In this document: one piece after another, positions 10,711-23,969 of the stretch
Layout of the letters: every line of letters begins with the position of its first letter
Position numbering within the stretch: position 1 is the stretch's first letter
NCBI RefSeq assembly: GCF_018350175.1
Contig: NC_058368.1
Location: 31,808,001-31,872,000 of the forward strand
DNA length: 64,000 nt
Direction of reading: 5' to 3'
Source: Felis catus
Lineage: Eukaryota
Program-made: the position numbers and the translations under genes
Notes under the pieces: model-generated
Database searches by the model: none
Seen by the model: only the letters and a program-made list of their open reading frames with translations
What the model was told of the DNA's origin: nothing

Positions 10711-13184
10711 TTGCATTTCTATACACTAACAACAAACAATTGGAAAGGGAAATTTAAAACCCAGTTCCATTTATAATAATACGAAAAACAGTAGAATACA
10801 TATAAATAAATTTAGCCAAGGGAGTAAAAGATCTATACAATGAAAACCAGAAGATTCTGATGAAACAAATTGAAGGAGACACTAACAAATGGAAAGATAT
10901 CTCATGTAAATGGATTGGAAAAATTAATATTGTTAAAATATCCATACTACCCAAACAGATCAGTGTAGTACCTATCAGAATTTAAATGGAATTTTTCACA
11001 GAAATAAAAAATAATCTTAAAATTTGTATGGAACCACAAAAGACCCTGAATGGACAAAAAAAAGTTTTGAGAAAGAAAAACAAAGCTAGTGACATCGTAT
11101 TTCCTGACTTCCATATTTCCATATTTTCCTGAACTATACTACAAAGCTATAGTAGTCAAAACAGTATGGTACTGGCATAAAATATACAAATAGACCAATG
11201 GAACAGAATGAAGAGCCCAAAAATAAACCATTATATATAGTCACCAATATTTGACAAGAGAGCCAAGAATAATAATGGGGGAAAGGACAGTATCTTCAAT
11301 AAATAGTATTGGGAAAACTAGATAACCACATACAGAAAAATTAAATTGGACCTTTATTTTATACCAATCACAAAAATTAACTTGAAATTGATTAAAGGCC
11401 TAAGCATAAGATCTGAACCCATAAAACTCTTAGGGAAAAAGCTTCATGGCATTGGTCTTGGTAACAATTTTTTGGATATGACAGAGAAAGCACAAGCAAC
11501 AAAAGCAAAAAATAAACCAATGAACTACATTAAACTAAGAAACCTTACTCAGCCAAAGAAACAATCAACAAGATGAAAAGGCAACCTATGGAACAGGAAG
11601 AAATATTTGCAAACCATGTATCTGATAAGGGTTAATATCTAAAATATATAAATAACTCAAAAACTTAAAAACAAAACAAAACGAAAAGAACCCAAACAAT
11701 CCTATTTAGAAGTCAGAAAAATAAAAAAGACAAGAGATAACAAGTGTTCGTGAGGATGTGGAGAAAAGGGAACCTTTGTGCACTGTTAGTAGGAATGTAA
11801 ATTGGCATAGTTAATATGGAAAACAGTATGAAGGTTTCTCAAAAAATTAAAAATAGAACTACCATATGATCCAGCACTCCCACTTCTGGGTATATATCCA
11901 AAAGATATAAAAACAAGATATCAAAAATGTATCTTTGTTCTTATATTTATTATTGCATTATTCACAATAGCCATGATATGAAAACAACCTAAGTGTTTGT
12001 CACAGATGAGTGGATAAAGTACACATTGTATATATGTAAATACAATGAGATATTATTCAGCTATGGGAAAAAAGGAAATTCTGCCATTTGCAACCACATG
12101 GAACTTGATGGTATTATGCTAAATGAAATAAATCAGAGAAAGACAAATACTGTATTATATCACTTATATGTGGAATATTGAAATGGTCAACTCATAGAAA
12201 CAGAATAGAATGGTAGTTACCAGTGATAGTTGTGGGGAGTGGAGAATGGGGAGATGTTGGTTAAAGGGTGCACTTGTGTTAGAAGATGAGTAAGTTCTGG
12301 AGATCTAATGTACAGAATTGTGTTTATAGTTAACATTCTGTTATAATATACTCAAAAGTTGCCATGAGACTAAATCTTAAATGTTCTCACCAGAAAAATA
12401 AGATGATAATTATATAATATGAGGGAGGTGTTAGCTAACACTAGGGTGCTAATCATATTACAATATATAAATGTGTCGTAGACTCTGGGTCTGGAGTTCT
12501 CTCTTTTCCTGCAAGAGAGCAGACACAGGATTAAAATGCAAGAGAGGGAGGAGACAAGAGCCCTGTGTAAGGGTCCTTGCTCCTTTTGTATTAGGATGAG
12601 AAGGCTTACAAGCATGATGGGCGTGCACAAAGAGACAGTGAGGCCATGAACATTAACTCCTGGGCTTGGGGGAAAGGGGGTTTTGAAGATATGTGGTGTT
12701 GGGGTTTGAGTCAATACAAAACAAAATTTTGGCGGGCTGAGCAGAAGGTTGCTTACAGCAGACATGAGGTGCCACCTCTGTTTGCCTAAACTTGCCTAAG
12801 GGACAAGAAAGACAGAGCATGCTACCTCAGGGTCAACAAGGCACCTTTCTTTTGCTAATTAGCCCTCCTCTGGGCAACTAGCTCTGTTGAGATCTAAAGT
12901 CCTGTTTTCCTGTTTTTGTCCTTCCTTCCTGTGGAAGCAGCTTTCTGCTATTGTACTAAATTGGAGGGCATTTCTGCCCTGAATACCTAATCTCGTTTAT
13001 CCAATCTTTGGTGTGTTCATCCTGGTTCTTTCTAATTCTTCATGCCTGGTTAACCCATAGGTGCAAGTTCAGGGAATTCCTAAGCTTATTCCCCACATAA
13101 GTATATCAAATCAACCCATTGTACTCCTTAAACTTACACAATATTATGTATCAGCTACATCTCAATAATTAAAAAAAAAAAAAA
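10711..13184 (+). mobile_element. Sense 3' segment of the twin-primed L1 (L1MA-like), ORF2 C-terminal half to poly-A; interrupted by an LTR
   Basis: Begins at AFLYTNN; later ORF2 motifs (WYWHK, ELPYDPA); 3'UTR resumes after the LTR and ends in poly-A 13171-13184. Confidence 0.88.
12474..13097 (-). mobile_element. Solo ERV LTR (624 bp)
   Basis: TG...CA termini (minus strand starts TGTGGGGAATAAG, ends CTACGACA); cleanly interrupts the L1 3'UTR; degenerate 6-bp flanks TAAATG/TAAGTA. Orientation is inferred. Confidence 0.75.
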
Positions 13185-13289
13185 GTGTAATTTAAAATAT
13201 TGTTTGGCCTAACTGGAAAGGTCTTTTATGTCAAGCAACTTGTTAAGTAAAATGTTGTGAAGGTTAAAACATATAAACACATGCAAAAC

Positions 13290-14060
13290 ACTTAGAAGAG
13301 CCTGCCATCTGCTAAAGATCTAAACTTTAGAATGATAACGCTAAAGACTAAATTGAAAAGTCCTAGACATTGGAGGCAATTAACATTGAAAATGTAAGTG
13401 TGATAATTTAATCAAGCGATGAGCTGGTGTAGCTAAGGCAGTGCCATTGGAATGGAGGAAAGAAGGATATATTAAAATCTTGGTGACCATTAAATGTAGT
13501 AAAGCAAAAAAGTAGTTAAAGGTGGTCCAAATTCTCTGAAGTTGTGTATCTGGAGATGTATAATGATATCAGAGAAAAGTATAGGTAATAAAAAATAGGA
13601 TGGAGAAGTAAAGTGTTTCAATTTTGGTATGCTGAGTTCAAGTATTTTGGGAATAACCAGCTATTAGTCTATTAGGATATAGCAAGTGACTGGGAAAAAA
13701 AAAAAAGGCATCAGGAGAAAAGCCAGGGTTATTCATACATTGCAAATGATTGATGATTGTGCTAGATTACTCTCCTTTTCTTCAAAATCCATAGGCCTAA
13801 TTATTGTCATTGTATCCACAGATTTCTTTCTATTAATCCATTGGCTGTTTGCATAAAATTTAACAACTAGTACTGACAGAGAAGGAGCAAAGGAAAGGTA
13901 CACATAGATTGTGGGAATGGTCAAGGGATAACAATAGATATATGAAAAGAAAAATGTACACCCAGAGTTAAAGGAGAGAGACATACAGAGAAGAATCATG
14001 AAGAAGACATCAAGACCAAAGAGAATGAATATAGATAAAAGAAACCACAGAAAACTAGAT
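13290..14060 (-). mobile_element. Probable ancient L2 remnant
   Basis: Purine-rich with L2-like motifs (TTTTGGTATGCTGAGTT, CCAGCTATTAGTCTATTAGG); highly diverged. Confidence 0.4.
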
Positions 14061-15608
14061 ACAAAATAGATCCTCAAGTGAACACTAGATACAATAATTA
14101 CATTTTAGTATATCACATTCTCACTTTTGCAATAGTGATTAGCTATTTAATTATTGCTCATAGCTCTTTAACTGTTAATGTGAAGACTTAGAAATATTAT
14201 GCTGAAGAATGTAAAAAAAGAAAGATAGGTACAATATCAGTGATAAAAGTATTTCATCACTCTAATGGTTAAATTAAACAGAACATTTAATTTAATTAGT
14301 AGCTAACATGATTAGGATTGGGTTTATACACACAAAATTATTTTGATCCACCTCAACCACATAACTATACAAGGATTGTAATCTGGCTGTATGGGAAGAA
14401 AACCAGGGTGACAAATAATTTTAGTTGCATTAAAAAAACCCTATATGATATTAGTTTAATAGTAAACTATTTGATATTGAAACCGCATACCATATGCCAC
14501 ACATATACCACATTTATTCACCATGATAGAAAACTCAGACTGTTTGACTAAGTGAATTGAACTGCTTTAATATTTTAATGATTATTTTTCCAATGTAAAT
14601 GCACAGTTCATGTTATCTATTTGGAGTGGAACACATAATTTTCTAAATAATAACTAATTAATAGAAACTAATTTATTGTAAATTCTAAATAGATGAAGCA
14701 GATATATTTTTCAGTAATAATGGAGTACTGTGCTGATATAATTAAGATTTTTGATGACTGACAGAATTCAGACACTCCCTTGCCATTATTAACGTTGTTT
14801 TCATTTTCTAAAGCCTACTATGCATTATTCATATGGGAAATTAGTGAATAGCACAAATGGACATTTTAACCGCAGCCAAAACTCAGGATTTGCGACTTAC
14901 AATGTGATAGCTGTTCTGAGTCCATAATCCATTTACCCTCAGGAGCCAAAGAATAGCCTTAATACTGTATTTAAGCCACTTTGTTTATAGTTTTACAAAT
15001 ATTTAAGAAGATAACCATTTTTCCATTTAAAACCACAAAGAAGGACATGATAATTAATGATTGTAGTTCAGCATGGGGAGGTTGGTGAGTATTATTATTA
15101 GGATCGAATGGATTAAAGAATTTAAGCAGGACTTTACTATGCTCACATGAACAATGGTGTTTTATGCTTTCTTCACGCCTTACTTTGGTTTACAACTGAG
15201 TGCATTTAACCACCTATAGTCTTTTATGAAATAAGATGAGGTATTAATAAACATAAAAAATAAACAAACTTCATTAATACAGAAATATACTTTGTTTCTT
15301 TTTAGGAAGATTAAGATTATGGATGGATTATGAAACATAAACCAATTATGACTTCAGCCGAAACTTCTAATTATTAAAACTGTCCTAGTTTTCAATGATA
15401 CTTTCAACAGATTTCTTTTTTGTTTCTTTGTAGTTGCTGTTTAGAAACAAAAACACTAAAAGTGCCAGCTTCCTGTGTATTAATAAATTAGACAGATACA
15501 AAACAAATAAACTTTACGTAAAAAAAAAAAAAATGTAAAGGAAGTCAACAATGGCCAAGATAGATATATCAATAACTAAGGGGGCTATCAGTAGCCGACT
15601 ATCAGCTA

Positions 15609-15644
15609 TCAGACGCTCAACCGACTGAGCCACCTAGGCACCCC
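15609..15644 (-). mobile_element. Truncated CAN-SINE head (36 bp)
   Basis: TCAGACGCTCAACCGACTGAGCCACCTAGGCACCCC; the rest of the element is missing. Confidence 0.85.
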
Positions 15645-15825
15645 TAAAAAATTTTTAATGTTTATTTATGTTTGAGAGAAGGAGACAGAGCATGAAAAGA
15701 AAGCATGAGCTCCAGGCTCCTCGCCGTCAGTACAGAGCACTACAGGGGGCTTGAACTCATGAACTGTGACATCATGACCTGAATGGAAATCTGACGCTTA
15801 ACTGACTGAGCCATCCAGGCGCCCC
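15645..15825 (-). mobile_element. CAN-SINE with an internal deletion
   Basis: T-rich tail, shortened body, ...CCAGGCGCCCC end. Confidence 0.85.
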
Positions 15826-17276
15826 AGAACGCTACAGTTTTTAAATCAAGGCTGGCTTAAACAGAGATAGCCTAAATACCAATTATGTCAAATCGTGGTC
15901 AAGTAAAGTTGTGGTACTTCCAAATTCCTAAAATTCCTAAAAGCACATACAGATAATCACAAATTGAGCAGACTAAATAGATTTTGGACACCTACCATTT
16001 CTCTCTGCATTTGTATACCTTCAGTATCTTGTGAAATTATTGAATAACAAATACCGAACTATCAATCAGGGTCCAGCATATTGAATAGCATAATAACATG
16101 AAAATAAAGCACCAGGATGATGTCTGGAATCATTTGGTTTGTAATCTTAGGCCCTGGATTACCTTGTTGGTACAGGTCCCTGAGTGAATGCATCAGTATT
16201 ACTGAACAATTATATATATGGAGGACATATGCAAATGGTAAATGATGAAAAAAACATTATTAAAATGATTAATAAATTATTCAAGACATTTGTTATATTT
16301 ACTTACTCTTTATGTGCCCTTACTATGTTGAGAGCTTAGTTCATGTCAGTTCTATGAAAGGACTGTTTTGGTAGTTTTATGTGCTATCTCTCAGGAGTTG
16401 ATACCATGCTTATGGCCCTGAGGTATGCCAGGGTGTGTGTGCATCTGAGGAGACAGCCTTTTCCTCAGCACTCTGTTTGCCTCCTTTAGTCAGGAATATG
16501 TAGGCCTCAGTGAATGGACACTGTGTGTTCTATTATAGGGCAAATTTGGGGGCCTAAAAATACTTTATTTTTATAGTCTTTTTTTAGGTCACATAGGTAA
16601 TCAGAGAGTCACTAACATTTACTTTAAACTAAAAATCAGTTTGCAGCATTTATGTGATTTATACATATCTACAAATAAGAACCTATGTTCTTTTTATTCA
16701 TCTAGCTTGTCCCTCTGTAAGTAACCCAGCTCACAAAAGATATTAATCTTTCTATCCTTAATGTATGGGTCTCCTGACAGATTTTAGCAATACCATGCAA
16801 GTCTTTATTTTTTTTTTCCTCTCACACACAACATAAAGCTATTAGCTGCTTTGAATTATACAAATAAATTGAAAGTCGGTAAGGCCCATGGAATGTTGAC
16901 TCTGGTTCTTGATCTGATGAACTATCAGCCCTTCTTAGGGCCAAATGCTTTAAAGTAACCATCTAAATATTTACTTACATGGAAAGAAATGTCTATTTTG
17001 AGAAGCTTAGTGCCGATTATAATAGCAGAGCAGTCATACTCAGGCATTTAAGATAAACATTGTTTTTGATGATGGATAAAACAAATACTTCTGATGATAT
17101 TTATTTTATTTTATGCTTGCTCTGTGGAAGGGCCAGTGCTAAATGTGGAGTAATAAATATAACATGATCTGGCCATTGTAATATGTTTTACAATATTGTG
17201 GTGTTATTTAATGTCTCTATAAACCTGTAAGTAGAAACCATTTAAACAGAGAGGCGGTGGTAAGAAAAACTATCTT

Positions 17277-17500
17277 TTTTTTTTTTTATTTTTTTTAAAG
17301 TTTTATTTCTTTTTGAGACAGAGAGAGACAGAGCATGAATGGGGGAGGGGCAGAGACAGAGAGAGACACAGAATCGGAAGCAGGCTCCAGGCTCTGAGCA
17401 ATCAGCCCAGGGCCCGACGCGGGGCTCGAACTCATGGACCGCGAGATCGTGACCAGAGCTGAAGTTGGACGTTTAACCGACTCAGCCACCCAGGCGCCCC
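17277..17500 (-). mobile_element. Young feline SINE (SINEC_Fc-like)
   Basis: CpG-rich; perfect TSD AAGAAAAACTATCTT at 17262-17276 and 17501-17515. Confidence 0.95.
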
Positions 17501-19350
17501 AAGAAAAACTATCTTAAACAAACTTTAAGAAATACTTAGTGGTTGTTACATTTGACTATGTTTTATTTTTATCATGGATGGTAGTACTTTATTGAGAATG
17601 TTTAAGATTTAGAAAATGATAAAATGGATGGGAAAGAGTTAATTTATTTTGGAATTAATGCTTTGATAATATTTGAGTTGGAAGTAAAGTTTATCTCTGA
17701 CTTGGCCCTTAATTCTTGACTGGTGGTAAGAGTGGACTTGGGTCTTTCATAAATGACTGATAGCATAGGAGAAGAGATCATTTTGAGAAGTATTCAAGAG
17801 ACAAACCTTTCTGAGTGTAGTTGAGGTCAAATTGTAAGAAACAACAAGCAAGTAATATATACGGTGTACAAAAAGAATACAAGAAGTGGTGAATCGGTTG
17901 CCTAAAAACAGTGGCTCTAGTCATATCAACAATTTCAAGAGTCAATAAACAATGTTTTTAGTGATCAGTTTATAAGTACCCAGAATTTCTCAGAACTAAA
18001 ATTTAAGCATTATGTAATATCTCATATTAATGACTATTAAAACCTGTCCAATGATCTTACTAAATATAATCTCATTTTACTGTCCATATTTAGTATTTAT
18101 TATATAAACCACCTTTTCATGCAAATAATTTTATTGAGTGACAAATCTATGCTAGTTATACTCTGGCATGTTAGAAATTCATGATAAGGAGCCAAACAGA
18201 GACCTTTCTACAGAAAATATTCTGAGAAATTTAAGTTTGATATGGTGAGATTTTCCAGTGGAGGTGACAAAGGGGTTTCTGGAGTAAGGCTATGATGAAT
18301 TTGCACTAGGTGTTTACATTTGGGTAGATTAGTTGTGAAGAAAACAGAGATAGAAAAAAAGTAATATTCCAAAGTAACTCTCACATTTGGATAGAGAAGG
18401 AAGAGTAATTCAAACATATCTGAGAAGGAGCATCAGGTAATTGGACAAAAATCAGGATATATATTGTCGACATTCATTCAAAAGAGAAATATCTTTCTAG
18501 TAGGAAAGAGGATTTAATCCTGTTCATTGTGGCTGAGAGGTAAATAACAAGCATCTAGAAAAGTCGAGAAGAGAGAATTGAAGGATGACTGAGTGAATAG
18601 AAAGGAGATTTCAGGAATAAGAGGAAAAGGTTTTGAGGAGAATTCAGAAGTAAAAGATAAGGGTTTTGAGAAGACTGCTTATGAAGAGGAATAGCAAAAA
18701 TGGGCTGTGGTTGAAGAATGATGTGGGGGGAAGGCAGATTTTTGATGTTTTTATATTTTGCTTTGTTTGAAGGATGAAAGACACAAGAGCATTTTCTGAA
18801 CTGCAAGTGATGATACAATGGAAGTAGAGAGTCTGATGATTCCATGCAGTGATGGGTTAACTGAAGAGGAAAAGTCCTTGCAAAAATAAAAGGGCATGAC
18901 ATCCAGTATATATTTGTAGTGACTGAGTTTTCATGGAACAAGGACAAATCTCCTCACTGAACTAGGAGAAGAGAATGAGAGGAAGAATACACATTGCTTC
19001 TGCTTGTTCAAGGCAGTGTGATAACTCCTGGGATGAAAGGGAAGTGTCGAAAAGGGAAAAAAGGATTTGAGAAGAGAAAGTGATATGAGGCATTCCCTTG
19101 GGGAATGTAAGAGTGAATTTACAGTGTACCAAAGAAGTAAATTGTGGAGCCAGCCAAAGTTGGTCTCATTTTGTAGAACGTGAATTGAAATAGATCCCAT
19201 CTGCCAGTTGGTCATTTATCCCATTGATGCTCAGCACCTACCTCCTCACTTCTACCACCATGGGAAGTAGGAAGGGGAGAGAGGGAAAAGAAACATGAGA
19301 GGATTTTTTTTTTCTTTTCTTTTTCCAAAAGAGAATTTATACACCATGGA

Positions 19351-19700
19351 TATATTAGTTTCTTGGCTTGCCGTACCAATTGCCACAAAACTGGGTAGAT
19401 TAAAACAAGAGAAATGTTTTCTCACAGATCTGGAAACAGCAATATGAATTCAAGGTATCAGCCAGGCCATGTTGCCTCTGAAGGCTCTAGGGAAGAATCT
19501 TTTGAACGTCTGGTAGCCCCAGATGTTCCCTGATTTGTGGCAGCACAATGTCAATCTGTCTCCTTCACAGGGCACCCTTCTTCCTGTGTATCTCTCTGTC
19601 AGAATCTCCCTTTCCTTTCTCCTTGGAAGATTCCAGTGATTGGATTTAGGGACCCCTAACTCCAAGATGACTATCTGCAGATCCATAACTAAATATATCT
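19351..19700 (-). mobile_element. MaLR LTR (MLT1-type)
   Basis: TATATTAGTTTC..., AAGGTATCAGCCAGGCCATG, CTCTGAAGGCTCTAGGGAAGAATC are MLT1-like motifs. Confidence 0.75.
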
Positions 19701-22684
19701 ACTTTGTCTTCTATCTTCCGTGAGTTTATTAAAATGATTCTTTTCCTCCCCAGCCTCTTTCTTCTATTATTCTGTCATTGTTTGAGTTTATTCCTTTCTG
19801 AACTTCTATACTTTAATTGTAGTGTGGTTTCCCAGTGGATGACAGACTCAAACATCTATAACTAATCTTTCACTTGGGAAGTTAAAAAGTGTTTTGCCTA
19901 TTTTTGAAGACTGTGTTCCTGTTTTGATACAGGAATTGTCTTTTGCTTGCACTATTTTGCTCTTTATTTTCCACTATGAAAAATGAGCAAATTAGTTTAC
20001 TAATACTTCCTTATACTTCTTCAAGTTCTCTTTTCCCAATATTTATTTATTAACAACTATTAACACTTAATATTAATTATTGTTACTATTTTTAGTGCTT
20101 CTCATGTTCCCTTTACAAAATTATTCCAAGACTACCTCTTGTTTGTTAACTTTCTTAATTTTAGATACTTTTTATGGCCCCAAATCTCAGCGAGAAAAGT
20201 GTAGAAAAATAAGCACTAACATGTCATCTTATTTCCATTCTCTGTCTGATTTGTGTTTATTATATTATTACACTTGATAGTCAATGTCTTAATATTCTTA
20301 TCATGGTTTTCATGATTAATTAATTTTATACATTTTATAGGTTTAATGGCTACAACCAGTCATTTTACTATGGCTTAGAGAGAATTACTTTTAAATTAGC
20401 TGAATTTGAAATTTTTAATGCAAATATATGGGGTCATCAGAGAGAAAAAACAGAGGAAGTTATAACTCAAGTAGAAATATTGATCTTCAGTAAGATCAGG
20501 GATGGATCTCCCATTATTGCAGGAGTGAAGTATGAACGGAGTAAGAATACAAATATTTCTGGGGACTTATGGAAAAAGGTTGAAGGAGAGAGCCCATGTA
20601 ATGCCATTTTAAAAATAATGACAATGATACCACTATATGCTGAACTGAGAAGAAATTTGTGAACTCAGAATCTAAGAATAAACAGAGAATGTGTAAAATT
20701 GAGAATGAACATTAAGTAATTTTGTAGGAAGTTGAAGAGCAAACTGATAGGAGAAAAAATATCATGGGGCAGGATTTATATGTTTAAAGAAATCAATGAC
20801 CATGCTCTAAAACATTATTCTTGAATACCTCCTAATACCAATATCTGTACTGTATGGAGTTTTTTAAATGCAAAGTATATAACACATATTATACTGGTTT
20901 TCACAAAGATTCTATCAGCTGGGCATAAATATTCCCATTTTACACATGAAATTAAGACAATGTTGACATATCACTGAATTTCACAATTTGAAAGTCAGTA
21001 AGGTTGTATTGTGAACATACGTATATGGTATGTTTGCATAGAGAAACAGCAAAATTAAAGTTATATGCCTTTAACAAATTCACTATTATTTAGAAAAAGT
21101 ACTAAAGCTTGCTTCATTACAAATAAAGATTTAAAAATTAGATTAACAAAAATAGACATTTAGGTAAATGTCCCTAGAAATAGTTTTCTTGGATTGATTT
21201 TATTGCCATAGTCAGCGAATATATTTCATACAGGTTTTTTTGTTGTTCATACACTAAATCACTAGACCCATTTATACTACTCGAATATATCCTACTAAAT
21301 TTTATTTAATATGATATTTAAAGTCTTTTTCATAAATTTTCATAAATGAGTCTTTTTCTCATAAATTAACTGCACCAGGAAGGTGAGCCAGAACAATTTT
21401 ATGCTTCATATGGTGTTCATAATTTGGCATACTACAATCAAGAAAAGACCAAAGCATGGAGTTTAAACAGATGTCTACTTGTATAGGTCCATAATACATT
21501 GGTGGCTTTTTTATCATGAACTCTGAGGCATCCTGCTTTTCAGTTTGATGGAAGAAAAGACAGGCCTGATAAATGTCTGGGAGAAAAAAATAAATCAGCT
21601 CAGCTGTGACCCAGGTCAGGATTATTCTTAATATTCACAATTAATTTCTGGAGAGCAGCTTGTATACAACATTACCAGCTGCTCCTCTAACAAATATGTG
21701 CACATTTTGGCAACTACAGATTTAGTCATTTGCTCTTCTCACATGAAAAGCAAAAAGGTGAACTCATCTTGCATGCTTTTTTTTCCTTCCTATTTTCCTT
21801 TATAGTGATCATACTTTTTATCACATGAATGGCAAGTAAGAGTAAATTAGGACTGGTACAAGTGACACCTGAGCTGTGAATGAGCATCGTTCAAGTGAGG
21901 ATGCATATCTTAATTAAAATTTCAGTGAATGGTAAAGATAGACCTCTCAATGACTTTTATTTTTTTCTTTTTTAATTCTGGACTGCTGTAGAGATACTTT
22001 CTATTGCGTTTTTTGGCTAATTCATTTATGTACTTTATTTAAAGTGTCAATAAAAGGTCAGATTATCAGATTCGGTCTGGGATGACTTGGTTCTGTTAGG
22101 AAAAGATACCATTTTCATGCATGTTTTCACAGAGATGAATGGATGGAGGCAGAGTGTGTTATCTCTTATGTAAGGTGGCACCACTCCCTCATACTGAATC
22201 TCTGGCGAATTGGTTTTTAAGGACTCCTGTCCAGACTGAAGGATGACCTACGTGACCTTTTGACATTAATTCCATCTACATGTGGACTTCTAAACTGAAG
22301 ACATGCCATTTAAGAAAATTCAGTAATACCCTTTGACTATTACTTAAATGCACCCAAAGCAGGGACAACATCACAATTCAATAAAAATAAGAGCTTTGGA
22401 ATAATACATGCTTTGTTTTTATTTATATCTTAGCAATTATAAGTGGTTTGCTTAAAATATCTAGTATTTCCAAGCTTAATTTGTAAAAATGAGGGTGCAT
22501 GCATATATTCATAAGATTACTGAAATATAGGTTTAAATACCTAGCATCAAGTCTGTCACGAATTTTTTGCTAAAAAAGAAAACATATTATGTTCCTCTTT
22601 TCTAAAACAAATTTGTGACAGCTTAAGAACTAAGTGATGTGGGTGAGAAAGGGGGTGCACTCATATGGATTAAAACAAATTCCA

Positions 22685-22917
22685 GGGCGCCTGGGTGGCT
22701 TGGTTGGTTAAGCGTCCGACTATGGCTCAGGTCATGATCTCATGGTCCGTGGGTTCGAGCCCCACGTCGAGCTCTGTGCTGACAGCTCAGAGCCTGGAGC
22801 CTGTTTCAGATTCTGTGTCTCCCTCTCTCTCTGCCCCTCCCCTGTTCATGCTCTGTCTCTCTCTGTCTCAAAAATAAATAAACGTTAAAAAAATTAAAAA
22901 AAAATAACTTATGAAAA
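22685..22917 (+). mobile_element. Feline SINE
   Basis: TSD TAAAACAAATTCCA at 22671-22684 and 22918-22931. Confidence 0.95.
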
Positions 22918-23225
22918 TAAAACAAATTCCAATGTAAGTGGTAATAACCAGTCTTTATTCTGAGAATCTGTATATTCAAAGAAATAATGGGAAGGAACAA
23001 CTTAAAATATATATTTCATTTATTTAAAAATAACCATTTCCACTATTAATTTAAAAAAGACGTCAAGATTTTTTTCATTGTTGACTTTTGAGAAGGCATA
23101 TATTTTTTGACAACTTCTAATTTTTAAAAAATATATTTGCAATATGTAGCCTTAATGATTTGGGGGAGGATATCTAGGGGAAGGTAGCACCTGATTTTCT
23201 TTAAAATTCAGCTGTGTTCAGGCAC

Positions 23226-23610
23226 TGCATTAGTTTGCCTGGGCTGCCAAAACAATGCACTGACAAACTGAGTGTCTTCAACAACAGACATTTATCTTAT
23301 CACAATTCTGGAGGTTAGAAGTCCAAGATCAAGGTTATAGCAGGCTTGATTTCTTTTGAAGCCTCTCTCCCTGGATTGTAGATGGCCATCTTTGTGTCTT
23401 TATGTGATCTTTTCTCTGTGTGTCTGTGTCCTAAACTCCTCTTTTCATAAGGACACCAGTCAGATTATATTAGGGCCTATAGTTATGACCTCACATAACT
23501 TAATAATCTCTTTAAAGACCCTATCTCCAAATACAGTAACAATTCTGAGATATTGAGAATTGAACTTAAACATATGAATTTGGAAAGGGGACAAGGCTCA
23601 TCCCATAATA
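23226..23610 (-). mobile_element. MaLR LTR (MLT1A-like)
   Basis: TGCATTAGTTTGC...AAGTCCAAGATCAAGG...AAGACCCTATCTCCAAATACAGT...ATATGAATTTGG. Confidence 0.8.
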
Positions 23611-23969
23611 AGTGCTTCACCATGACTATGAGTATATTGAATTTTTGTAATTCAAAGAATTATCTTTGCAATACTCAGTAATGCTTTCTGTGGAACATCT
23701 TAGGGCATTCGCATACTTCATGGTTTGTACATTGTATATTAACCGTTATAAAAGATTGCTTTTTATCTTTTTATATTGTCTTGATTTTTACTTCATCTTA
23801 ACACTATTGCTACCTATGTCTTCTTCTTAGTTTTGTATTCATTTGTCTTGTACTTTACCCATTACATGATATTCAGTGGTGCTGGATCATTATTTTTAAA
23901 TTTCTTAACAATAGAGTGTTTAAAATTTTTTTAATCAGTTGTAAAGTTCATTTTTTCTTTTGTTTGTTT

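Noticed and set aside
12370..12765. 131-aa minus-strand ORF
   Set aside because: Runs across the LTR/L1 junction; no gag, pol or env motifs
14901..14964. Minus-strand exon candidate with a GTAAGT donor
   Set aside because: No polypyrimidine tract at the acceptor; 64 nt; peptide not recognised
17295..17489. Recurrent 'AQSVKRPTS...LEPASDSVSPSLSAPP' ORFs and tRNA-like A/B boxes
   Set aside because: CAN-SINE translations; the heads are tRNA-derived but are not tRNA genes
18555..19215. 130-aa and 94-aa minus-strand ORFs
   Set aside because: Low-complexity L/S/P/F translations of purine-rich, probably L2-derived DNA
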